NCBI RefSeq assembly: GCF_006345805.1
Contig: NC_043007.1
Location: 19,716,001 to 19,780,000, forward strand
Direction: 5' to 3'
Length of the DNA stretch: 64,000 nucleotides
From: Octopus sinensis
Lineage: Eukaryota
Shown: piece by piece, positions 26,153 through 37,850 of the stretch
Position numbering within the stretch: position 1 is the stretch's first letter
How the letters are laid out: the number at the start of each line of letters is the position of its first letter
The notes under the pieces: generated by a model
Told to the model about the DNA's origin: nothing
The model's input: only the letters and a program-made list of their open reading frames with translations
Databases searched by the model: none
Program-made: the position numbers and the translations under genes

Positions 26153-26683
26153 TGCGTATACATGCATATATATATATATGTGTGTATGTGTGTGTGCGTA
26201 TGTGTGTGTGTGTCAATACATATGTATGTTTGTATGTATCATGTATGTATATATATATATATATGTATATGTATGATTGCGTATGTATGTGTATACACAC
26301 ATACACACACAGACACACACACACACATATATATATATATGTACACACATATATATGCATCTGTGTGTACTTGTGTCTTTGTCTCCCATCTCCGCCTGAC
26401 AGCCGGTGTTGGGATGTTTACGTCCCCGTAACTTAGCGATTCAGCAAAAGAGATAGAATAAGTACCAGGCTTTAAAACGCTCTGGGATCAATGTGTTTCA
26501 TTATAATTAATCAAGGTGGTGCTCCAGCATGGCCGCAATCCAATGACTGAAAGAAACAATAAATAAAAGATGTATCTATGCTTGTGTGTGTGTGTGTGTG
26601 TGTGTTGTGCGTGTGTGTGTTTGCTTATAGTAATCAATATCGATATCTTAATTGACTGTAATTTTACTTATCAATTTTTTCAG

Positions 26684-26767
26684 ATCCGGCTGATAGTAGA
26701 ATGGGCCGTCGTCGATACAGATAACACACCTGTTTTTTGTATTAAAATTCCCGCCCTTATACAATAA
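26684..26767 (+). CDS. NPC2: NPC2/ML-domain paralog A, terminal coding exon (equivalent to NPC2 exon 4)
   Basis: TTTTTTCAG acceptor, phase 0; IRLIVEWAVVDTDNTPVFCIKIPALIQ* aligns with human [26 protein letters not shown]. Confidence 0.9.
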   Translation: MRLIVEWAVVDTDNTPVFCIKIPALIQ

Positions 26768-27871
26768 GTGAAAGAGAGAAAGAGAGAGAGAGAGAGACGC
26801 TGTTGTTAGCAGAACCCAGAGAACAAAAAAAAAAAAAAAACAACAACAACAACAACAACAACAATAGTCAAGACGAAGAGCGCGATTCGATTGTAACAGA
26901 TATTTTATTGGTTGAACGATATTTGACTGTTTACCTTTGAAAAGAGTTACGTCAATCCTTTTTAAAATAATAATAATAATAATAATAATATGGAACTGCT
27001 CATATCCTACGCAAAATACTCTCTATGTAATCTCAAGGTTTAAAACAAACATAATTTTCGGTTTAAAAAAAAACAAAAAAAAACCTTTTTTTTTTTAGAC
27101 ATTCATTAGTACAACATCCCCACCCCCCAAATATATGGCACACTAGGCATAACAACAACATGAACTTCCAACCCTGTTGTCTCTTGAGGTCTCTGGGTGA
27201 GACTTGGAGCCAACTTGTACAAATATAAAGCAAAAGTCAAACATAGAATAATAATAATAATAATAATGATGATGATGATAACGATAATAGTAACAACAAT
27301 GGCGACAACAACAACAATAGCAGTAACAAAACTAGTTTCTGTAATGTTATACCTCATTATTTGATGTAATTGAAAGAATTGGCCCTTAAGCATTTTATGA
27401 TTAGTTCCTTGTCACATCCTCTGTCTAGAACTTGGGTGTTTTGTATTGATCGATTCGATGATGTTTGATTAATAAAGATCTTCCCGTTTAGCAGGTTCTT
27501 TGTTGTAATGTTTATGACGCGGGTTTCGTAGCTTTTATGTCTCATTTTCTTTTCAGTCTTTTACTTTTGAAGAGTATTTTTTTTTTCTATCAAAAGAAAT
27601 TGATAGAATGAGCTCCATCCAGTACAGCTGCAGTCCAGTTACCGAAACAAGTAAAAGATAAAAGCCGCATACGTGCGCGTGGACGCAGGCACAGACACAC
27701 ACACGAAACAAGGAAATAATGCACCGCGGCCCACCTTTGAGAGCCACTGTTCTCCGAATCGTACCAAGTGGCGTCTGTACAGCAGCTATTCGCTATTGAA
27801 CTTAACTAAAATTTACTTTGCCTTTGGGTATGACTGCCTTGATGAGCGAGTGACTGCATCAAACGGTTAAT

Positions 27872-28100
27872 ATATTTCTTTACTACCCACAAGGGGCTAA
27901 ACACAGAGGGGACAAACAAGGACAGACAAAGGGATTAAGTCGATTACATCGACCCCAGTACGTAACTGGTACTTAATTTATCGACCCCCGAAAGGATGAA
28001 AGGCAAAGTTGACCTCGGCGGAATTTGAACTCGGAACATAACGACAGACGAAATACGTTACGCATTTCGCCCGGCGTGCTAACGTGTCTGCCAGCTCGCC
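27872..28100 (-). mobile_element. SINE family S1
   Basis: Reverse-complement S1. Confidence 0.9.
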
Positions 28101-28736
28101 ATCAAACGCTTAATATAAACGTGAATTAGAAATATCAGCTCGGACAAGATTTAAAAGAATCGGCGAGTTGTGGCGTCGTAATACACCAAGAAAAATGTCA
28201 TAAATAAATCTTTTATTTTTATCTATAACTTGATTCAATCATTAGACAGTGGCCAGGCTGGAGCACCATTTTGAAGAATTTTAAGTCTAATAAACTGATT
28301 CCAGTATTCATCATTTGTTTTAAAGCATGGTACCGATCCTATCATCAGTTTCTTTAACTGGACCGCCACGACTGACCGCTAACTCCATAAATTTTTTTTT
28401 AATTCTCTCTCTCTTTATTTCCTTATCTTCTTTTCTGTTGAAGAGCATAAGCTCGAAATCTAAAAGACTTTCTCACCTTTCCGAGCGTCAAATTAATATA
28501 CCTGCTTGTTGTTTATACACCCGTCTTCGTCTTTTGTTTTTCCGTAAATTTCAATACACACACCGTATTTTTGGGGGTTAAAATTTAGAAAACAGATTTT
28601 GTAAGGGATTATACTACTATTCCTGCACAAGAAACTCGCATATTTTTTAAACCTAGTTTTTGATTTAAAAAAAGGGTTCCTTATACGCGTTAAAATACGA
28701 TATACATACATACATACATACATACATACATACATA

Positions 28737-28820
<84 letters not shown>

Positions 28821-29380
28821 CGATGGCCTTCTTTCAGCTTCCGTCAACCAAATCCAGTCGCAAGGCTTTGGTCCGCCCGGGTCCTATAGTTGAAGACACT
28901 TGCCCAAGGTGCTACGCAGTGGGACTGAATCCGGAACCGTGTGGTTAGAAACCATGATTATTGCCATACAGCCACGACTATAAAGGTCAACATAAAAGAA
29001 AGAATGCAAGAATTTCTAAAACACCTAGAATAGCTTCGAGAGAGACTGACACCATAGCTAGCACACATGAACGAAACGAATATGGCTTAGAATTAAGTAC
29101 CATGAATTCGCTAATTGCTTTAAGTGTTCATGAAACTGCGAGCAGACGTAAATACCAACTATTTTTCAAAATATTTAACTAATAGATATACATAAGTACT
29201 ATTATAATTACAACTCATATACGTAATTACGTGGAGGCGCAGTGGCCCAGTGGTTAGGGCAGCGGACTCGCGGTTTCGATTCCCAGAACGGACGTTATGA
29301 GTGTTTATTGAGCGAAAATACCTAAAGCTACACCGAGTACAATAGCAATGTTCCTCGGTGCGCTATCAGGATATCACTGG

Positions 29381-29423
<43 letters not shown>

Positions 29424-29469
29424 GCGCGCACCCACACACGCATTCTCTAATTTTGTCTATTCTGTAAGG

Positions 29470-30060
29470 GAGCGAGCTGGCAGAAACGTTAACGCGCCGG
29501 GCGAAATGCTTAGTGGTATTTCGTCTGCCGCTGCGTTCTGAGTTCAAATTCCGCCGAGGTAGACTTTACCTTTCATCTTTTCGGGGTCGATAAATTAAGT
29601 ACCAGTTACGCACTGGGTCGATGTAATCGATTTAATCCGTTTGACTGTACTTGTTTGTCCCCTCTATGTTTATCCCCTTGTGGGCAATAAAGAAATAAGA
29701 AACGTTAGCATACAGGACCCAATGCTTTGCGGTATTTCGTCTGTCTTTACATTCTGAGTTCAAATTTCGCCGAGGTCGACTTTGCCTTTTATCCTTTCGG
29801 GGTCGATAAATTAAGTACCAGTCACGCACTGGGGTCGATATAATCGACTTAATCCGTTTGTCTGTCCTTGTTTGTCCCCTCTGCGTTTAGCCCCTTGTGG
29901 GTAGTAAAGAAATAGGTATTTCGTCTGCCGCTACGTTCTGAGTTCAAATTCCGCCGAGGTCGACTTTACCTTTTATCCTTTCGGGGTCGATAAATTAAGT
30001 ACCAGTTGGGTACTGGGGTCGAACGAATCGATAGGTCCCTCTCCCGCAGAATCTCGGGCC
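29470..30060 (+). mobile_element. Three tandem S1 SINE units
   Basis: Core TTCTGAGTTCAAATT..GCCGAGGT.GACTTT recurs at ~29535, ~29750 and ~29935. Confidence 0.9.
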
Positions 30061-30221
30061 TTGTGGCCTAGAGTAGAAAAGAATTTTATCTGTTCAGTCA
30101 AAGTCTTGTGGCTTCGTTCATATGTCTAGTTAATGGTCAAACGGAGGACATCGGAAATTGAAGACGGACGTTTCGAGTAAGAATTTAGAGTGAGTAAGAG
30201 AGAAGGAGGGAGAGGGGAGAC

Positions 30222-30327
<106 letters not shown>

Positions 30328-31295
30328 ATCACTGGGAAAACATGACACAAAACGTCACAAGAAGTCACATGAAATTTTCTATGACTAATTAACATGTTTT
30401 CTCTGTTCATGAACCATTAAACAGGGTTCTCCGCATTTGTGTGTAATGTCAGTATAAAAATAGAATGGTTGTGAAATGCAAGTCACGTATTGCCCAATAA
30501 CAATCGACTTATGAATTCTTTAATTACTTTTATAGCATTTAAAATGAATGGCGACTGATTTGCCTCGCCTAAACTGAAGCGTTTTTTTACTATATTTTTG
30601 CTTGTGATATTTTCTCCCGAGACGATACGGTAGTATTTTTTTTCTCTCGTCAGTGAACAGGTTAAACACACACACACATACACATACGCACACACACACA
30701 CACACACACACCACACACACACACACGCACACGTTATATCTTTTATTTTCATTTTACTTGCTTCACCATTTGACCGCGGCCATGCTGGAGCACCGCATTT
30801 AGTCGAACAAATCTACCCCGGGACTGATTCTTTGTAAGCCTACTACTTATTCTGTCAATTATATTTAAAATAGGTGAATAGTAAATCTCCATTTTCTATT
30901 AATTTTTGTATATATATCACGTGACCACACACGTGACCAATCAGGTTATTGAATGTTGTTACACATCGCTTGTCACAGTGCGTTTTTTTGCATTGTTTTA
31001 GCCTGCAAACGGCGCCGCCCTGCTGGCTAAGTAAACAGGTCAACATTTACCCCGAATTTAAAGGGTCATTGGAGCAACGTGAAATGAAGTGCTTTGCTCA
31101 AGAACACAACACGCCACCCAATCAGGGAATTGAACTCACAATCTAGCAATCGTGAACGTAACATCTGACCATTAGGCTACGCACCTTCACACACGCACAC
31201 ACACACACATATATATATACGCACACACACACATACATACACACATACATGCACACACACACACACACACACACAACACACACACACACACACAT

Positions 31296-32773
31296 GTCTG
31301 ATGGATTCTCTTGTCGTGAACGACAAATGAAGGTTCAGTGAAATAGATCGGTAATCATGTTCTAAGGACACGAATGTTTCTCCTGAGGCCTGTTGGGGCC
31401 TTGCAAACCTTTTAGCAAATGGAACTAATTGAGGGCTCAGTTTGCCTAAGTGCTTGTGGATCATTTACGATGTGTTTTCTTGAGTGGACGGCAAGGCCTG
31501 CTTTGCTGCGTGCCACAAAACCACAATGACAGGTAAGGTTTGTATTTAGACGAGCGGCGTTTTGCCAGCGTATCTTCATGCTTGCACGAAGTCGGTCCTT
31601 ATATTGGAGTCGACTTTGCTCAAATCTTTAAACTGAGAAGATCCAGGACTGGCGCCAGGCCCTGCGTTCTGATGATTTGTTTTCCAAGGAAGAATAGGGA
31701 ATGTTGCATCGCATCAGTTTGAAGCACAAGATTGGCCTTCCAGCTGACCTTCCTGTTTGAAATTGGCCAAAGAGAAGTTGCTTCGAAATTCTGATATCAC
31801 TTATACGTGAGAGATGATCTGACCATCTAAGCTGTATTTTGATGAGGATGGCTTCAATACTTGATATGTTGTATTTTGTTAGAATCCCACTGTTTCGAAA
31901 ATGGTCATTCGATTTTATGTTGAGGTTGTATGCAAGCATCGCATGTGAAAAGCGTCAAAGTGGCTGATGGGCTTTCGGTACAGAGTCCAAGATTCAGCAC
32001 CATAAAGTAATGATGTCAAAACTACCGACTTTTATACATCGACTTTTACCTTCAACGATACGTCGTGGCTGTTCCAAAGCTTAACGTAAACGGATCTAGT
32101 CTTCCCGATTCTGGATTCAATTTCCTTATCCATCTTAGCATCATTGAACACAATGGAACCAAGATAAGTGAAGGATGAAATAGCTTTTAATGCTTTTCCA
32201 TCAACATATTCTGTAGAGGCAACAGCGGGAAGATGGTCACGAATAGGCTGAAAGATAAGCTCAGTTTTCTTGATGCTGATGGTCAGACCAATAGCCTTCG
32301 ATCCATATGGGAAGTTACTTAGAATCCATTGCATGTCATCAAGAGTGCGTGCTACAAGTGCACAGTCGTCTGCGAAGAGAAAATCTCGAACTGTTTGCAC
32401 CAAAGTCTTAGTTTTTGTTTCGAAGTATTGTTGGTTGAACAAGCCACCATCAATTCTGTACTTAAAGTTTATACCTTCTTAGTACAGTGCAAGAACACAG
32501 CCTCGTTTTGTCCCATTTGAGACTGTGAATGAATCGGACGTTTTCCTACTAGATCTGACAGAAGCCATCATTCCTTGATGGAAAGAAATAATGACATTGA
32601 GCATCTTTTCGGGAACAGCTAGATTTCTAAGGACAAACTAAAGAGCATCCCAAGATACGGTGTTGAAAAGGTCTCGGTTGTACTCACGAGCCTCTTCCTG
32701 CTATTGTTTTAAGCTGAAAATCATATCCACTGTGCCTCTACCAGCCCGAAAGTCATACTAAGATTCAGGCAAC
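31296..32773 (-). mobile_element. RTE-clade LINE, RT to 3' end
   Basis: LPES*YDFRAGRGTVDMIFS, FLFADDCALVA, GLTISIKKTE, FTYLGS, LLFGQ and terminal RSKAGLAVHSRKH; 3' end abuts (TG)n. Confidence 0.9.
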
Positions 32774-34025
32774 ACGAAGCTGGCACTGGCAAAAATACAT
32801 ATGCAACTATTTTCAGCTGCTATGCTCCAACCATGACCTCAACTGAAGTAGTCAAAGAGCAGTTCTACTCCGAGCTACGCAGCCAGTTGAGAGGTGTCAC
32901 CATCCCATATAAAGTTTTTCTTAGTGATTTCACTGCACGTGTAGGTTGTGTGTGGAAGCACATGGCCTAGTGGTTAGAGCAGCGGATTCGCAGTCGACAG
33001 ATCGCGGGTTCGAATCTCAGACCGGGTGATGTGTGTGTTTATGATCAAAACACCTAAGCTCCACGCGGCTCCGGCAGAAGGTAATGGCGAACTTCTGCTG
33101 ACTCTTTCGCCACAATTTTCTCTCACTCTTTCCTCCTGCATCTAGCAGTTCACCTGTGATGGACCGGCGTCCCGTCTAGGTGGAGAACCTATACGCCAAG
33201 GAAACCGGGAAAACAGGCTCTTATGAGCCAGGCATGGCTCGAGAAGGAACATGTAGGTTGTGATACATCCATATGGGGTGACGTAATAGGGAAACATGTG
33301 GTTGGTCAGGCGAACTCAAACGGCCACCTGCTGCTGTCGCTTTGCTGTGAGAATGGACTTTGGATTACCAGTACCATTTTCCAACTGCCCCACTTCCACA
33401 AAAATACCTTGAAGCATCCCCTGTCAAACTATTGATTACATAACTGCGAGGTGTTCCACGAGGGAAGATGTCCAAGTAACACGTTCTTTCTCCATTGAGG
33501 AGCGTTGGTCTGACCATAGACTGATACGATCAAAGGTGTGAATTTTACTATCTGCAGTCCTATTCGTAACAATCGCACCCGACCAATTCGAAAAGTGGAT
33601 GTGACAAAGCTGAGGAACAATGACAATTTAACCTAATTTCAAACAACCTGTGATAACAAGCTTCTGGCATCTCAGACAACACAGATATTGAATCAGCGTG
33701 GTTTGCTTTTTAAAATACTGTATTTGAGTCATCTTGTGAAACACTCGGGTTTGTTAAGAGGAAGCGCCAAGATTGGTTCGACTCAAATGATCCAAACATC
33801 TCTCCCTCTTTTGGACAATATGCACAAGTGCCTCTATCAATTGATGTCAAATAAAATTAATGTCACAAGAACGCAACGAGTTTTAAAAGCCCGAAATACA
33901 ATCCAATCTCAACAGAAGCAAATGAAACAGATATGATGTCAAAAGAACTGTCTGTTGCTCCATCAAATACTGAGATAAAAAAGGTCATAAAACAGCTCAC
34001 GAATAAAAAGTCGTCTGGTTAGCTA
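32774..34025 (+). mobile_element. RTE-clade LINE endonuclease region, inverted relative to the adjacent RT part
   Basis: CYAPTMTS..KEQFY, DFTARVG[SINE]CDTSIWGDVIGKHVVGQANSNGHLLLSLC, and PSNTEIKKVIKQLTNKKSSG at the end. Confidence 0.85.
32951..33251 (+). mobile_element. S3/S4-type SINE inserted in the RTE endonuclease
   Basis: Flanked by an 11-bp TSD TGTAGGTTGTG (32940-32950 and 33252-33262); removing it restores TARVGCD. Confidence 0.9.
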
Positions 34026-34320
34026 TGGCCTCGAAACATGACTATATTTTATGTTATGACTCAAGGAGATTTTCGTGCCTTGGCACTTATCGAATTAGTT
34101 TAAAAGATATGTTAATAGAAACAGGAAAATATACTCAGTATATTCTTTTATTTATTTTTCATTCTTTTACTTGTTTCAGTCATTAGACTGCGGCCATGCT
34201 GGAGCATCGTCCTTAATTTTAGCAGGCTGTTGTCTGAGATTCCAGCAAGTTTGTTGTCACAAGTTGCATATATATAACTCAGTATATGTTTATGTGTATA
34301 TATATATAAATGTGTGTGCA

Positions 34321-34353
<33 letters not shown>

Positions 34354-34536
34354 CGTTTTTGTAATTGGTTCTTGCAAGATTCTTTATATGAATTCGTGTG
34401 TTGAAGTATATTTAATTGTGTGTAGGGAGAGACATTCTGTTTTAATGCCGGTTCGATTTCCAATCATTTACATTTTTGCTTTTTCTAAAATTTTCGTTGC
34501 TTCTTGCAACCTCTTCAATAATAAAATGTATGTATG

Positions 34537-34574
<38 letters not shown>

Positions 34575-34924
34575 CCAGTATATGTGTATATATATATATT
34601 GAACTGCAAAAAAAAAAAAAAGAAATGTCGCACTGTAAAAGATCATTTGTTTTACACACGATATTGATATTATTGGATTTTATTACATTTCAAGGTAATT
34701 TGGCATCAGGAAGAAGTCAGTGACCCACAACATCAGCTTTTTTTTTTAAAACAAAGATTGCATGCAGAGTTCGAACTCGCTCACTTATTGTAAACATGGT
34801 AATGCTCGCGTACGCATCTTTATGAAAAAAATATGATGCAAGTGGAAACTGGGTATAAATGGCACCCAAATTTACCAGCCTGTCATTCCTTTCCTGAATG
34901 CAGCAAGCACGTGAAGACTGACAC

Positions 34925-35160
34925 GAAATGAGAGAGAGCAAGTCATCGGACGTCTCCATACTGGTTGACATCCATGAGTCATTGCTAAAGACTTGGACTG
35001 CAGTATTCGGGCAATTGTGTGGCTGAGGGACGATACAGTACCCAAAACAGTAGCTGATTGAGGGTTACAATGGCACATCAAGATCGCCACTTGCACCGAC
35101 AGCAGTTGCAGGACCGATTCGGGGGGGGGCAGACCTTAGGGACTCACCACCGGCCGAGAT
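34925..35160 (+). mobile_element. Tc1-like transposase N-terminal remnant
   Basis: EREQVIGRLHTG*..VIAKDLDCS..I and QDRHL...LQDRF resemble Tc1 paired-like HTH regions; contains stops. Confidence 0.55.
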
Positions 35161-35320
35161 CTTTAGGCCAATCAAAGCTTAATTTAAGGCTGTGTTCCTG
35201 CATGGCCGTAATTCTACGACTGACACCACTCAAAGAATAAAGGAATCCTGACTTTAGCACTAGGCAACAACTGTGAATAAATGATGCGACCAGTAGTTTT
35301 AGATTCTCTCTCTCTCTCCA

Positions 35321-35397
<77 letters not shown>

Positions 35398-35472
35398 ATA
35401 TAGTCAATAATAAAAGGGTAAAATTAATTAATTATTAATTATCAATTTTACCAAGTAGTGTTCAGTATATAA

Positions 35473-35584
35473 AAAGACCATTTACGGTTTAAAACATTAC
35501 GTTATATAATTAGGGTTCAGTAAATTATTTTACTGAACCCTAATTATATAACGTAATGTTTTAAATATACCGTAAATGGTCTTT
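35473..35584. repeat. Inverted repeat hairpin
   Basis: 37-bp perfect inner stem (35488-35524 with 35529-35565), 4-nt loop, and a further ~15 bp after a 3-nt bulge. Confidence 0.9.
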
Positions 35585-35594
35585 ATATATATAT

Positions 35595-35646
<52 letters not shown>

Positions 35647-36721
35647 TGTGTGTGCGCGGATGTGTATATGTACGTATTTATATGTGTGTGCGTGTCTACA
35701 CCGACGCATACAACAGTCAAGATATATAGGCTATTTGAGTATAGTTAGTTTATATACACAACATCTGCAACATGTTGTGTGGACTGATAGCAATAGGACC
35801 TGCTTTTTCTTGGGTCACTTGACCTGCTAATAATTGCAACCTGATCGCTCTCAAATTTAACACTACCATTTTAAAAAACTGAAAGATAATGTAGTTCTAA
35901 TTATATAGTGTAGATGAGTGGACAAACATTTTACCCGGGAGCCGTAGATGTACGAAAATATTCAACAGACATAAATTGATGGCCTCGTTCAGTTACGCAC
36001 CTCCTGTCAAAAATGTATTAGTACCCCAAAGACTAAATGTTCGTATAGAATTAACAGTCCGTGTTCAGTTAGCGATTAGAGCAATTCAGACGCATTGTCT
36101 ACGAAGCAGAAGTAGTGTCCACTAACGTCAACGAGATGGTGCATATACAGAGACACGGCAGAGGGGAAAAGCGGGCCCCCTTTATGACCAGATGCATCCT
36201 CTTTCAAAATCTAAGCAACATAAAAAGTTACAAATTTCGCCTGCTTCATATGCTGACTTAAATTGGACGTATCGCCGTTTAACATCAGATTGAGGGTACT
36301 GGAACATTCTGGGTAGTAACTTGATGGAAATAAAAGTGCGGGCTCTGCTTAGGGAAGGGGAGAATCATTGTAAAAACATTCAATTGGTTCAGGCGCATTT
36401 GTAAACAAGAAAAACGAAATATTCGGTTGCTGCCCACATGAGTGCATATAAATTTTGGCGACACGGTCATGTCCACTTTTTTTTTTAAACTAGTAAACTT
36501 TATATGTACGCGTACAACTTCAATGCTTGACTCATGTCTAACATTAACACACAGGCATGAATAATTCTCCTGTTCTTTCCCCTCCCATCCAAATAATTTT
36601 TTTTACTATGCTTCGTTCTTCTTTTTTTAACTACCTAAACAATCTAAAATCTCTTATCTCCAGCAGAAAGAGAGCTATGCGCTTCCGGCCAGCATGTCAG
36701 AAGAGTTGCTAATATTGTCAA

Positions 36722-36958
36722 GAGGCGGCGAGCTGGCAGAATCGTTAACACGCCGGGAAAAAAATGCTTAGCAGCATTTCGTCCGTCTTTATGTTCCGAG
36801 TTCAAATTCCGCCGAGGTCGACTTTCCTTTTCATCCTTTCGGCATCGATAAAATAAGTACCAGCTGAATACTGGGGTCGATGTAATCGACTTAATCCGTT
36901 TGTCTGTCCTTGTTTGTCCTCTCTGTGTTTAGCCCCTTGTGGGCAATAAAGAAATAAG
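36722..36958 (+). mobile_element. SINE family S1
   Basis: Full head, core and tail. Confidence 0.9.
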
Positions 36959-37049
36959 AGCCCTCTTCTCTAAAACTGCTGGTTCCGTTCTCATAATTGT
37001 TTCGCTAATCCAATAGCAACAATACAAAGCATGCAGCCCTTAAAACGGT

Positions 37050-37850
37050 TTTTGTGCATTTACAGAGGATACAGAACTGTCTGGCACAGGATCTTGCTTT
37101 TAGGAATTCCCAATAAGTTATGAATACCCAAATTGTGAAGTCAGTTATGTAATAACATGAAATTAGTTACCCGATACTAAGAATTCAAATGAAGTAGCCC
37201 CGAAAAAGGCTTTAATGCGTTCCCAGAGTATATAGAACATAGGAGGAAATACTAATAAGGTATGTATACTAAAATCGTGAATCATGTTACGTAATAACAG
37301 GATAATCAGATATGAGATAATAACGATTCAAAGTAAATAACCATGAAAAGGGCTTTTGTGCGTTCCCAGAGAATATTACCCTCAGCGGCGCTAGTGTTGG
37401 TACATTCGTGAATAAGTCACTAACTGAAATAAGTAGATCTATTATTTAGGAAAATACTATTTACTTGTTTAAGGGTTGTACTGGATAAATTGTGAAAATA
37501 ACTCTAACAGTTCAAATACTAAGAAATAAGCATACTCAGTTTCATTTTTACCAAATAATTTAGGAAAATGAATGGGTTATTTACTTTAGCTATATATAAG
37601 GAACCCTTCCAGGGGCGAATGGGTTATTTCCCTTGGTTTCTAAAATAAAATATATTAGATATGTATAAGGATCCCTTCCATGGGCACTATTATCGATATT
37701 TTCAACAATCTGAGTATGCCATGAGGTTTCCAGACATGAGTTCTACTCATGTGTCAAGCTTCATCAAAATCGATAAAATTTGTAGGAGGTGTTAGCTAAC
37801 AACACCACAAACACTCCCACAGACAGAATTTCCCACATATGTAGTAGATA
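37050..37850 (+). mobile_element. Probable Helitron/Helentron-like non-autonomous repeat
   Basis: Internal subrepeats, and a 3' region AAGCTTCATCAAAATCG...ACAGACAGA...GTAGTAGAT resembling such elements; part recurs inverted at 39087-39291. Confidence 0.35.

Noticed and set aside
29470-30060. Regularly spaced repeats resembling a CRISPR-like array
   Set aside because: They are tandem SINE units with homologous, not unique, intervening sequence in a eukaryotic context
36285-36476. Possible Tc1 C-terminus (ends TKY) and TIR-like sequence
   Set aside because: Too degraded to support by eye
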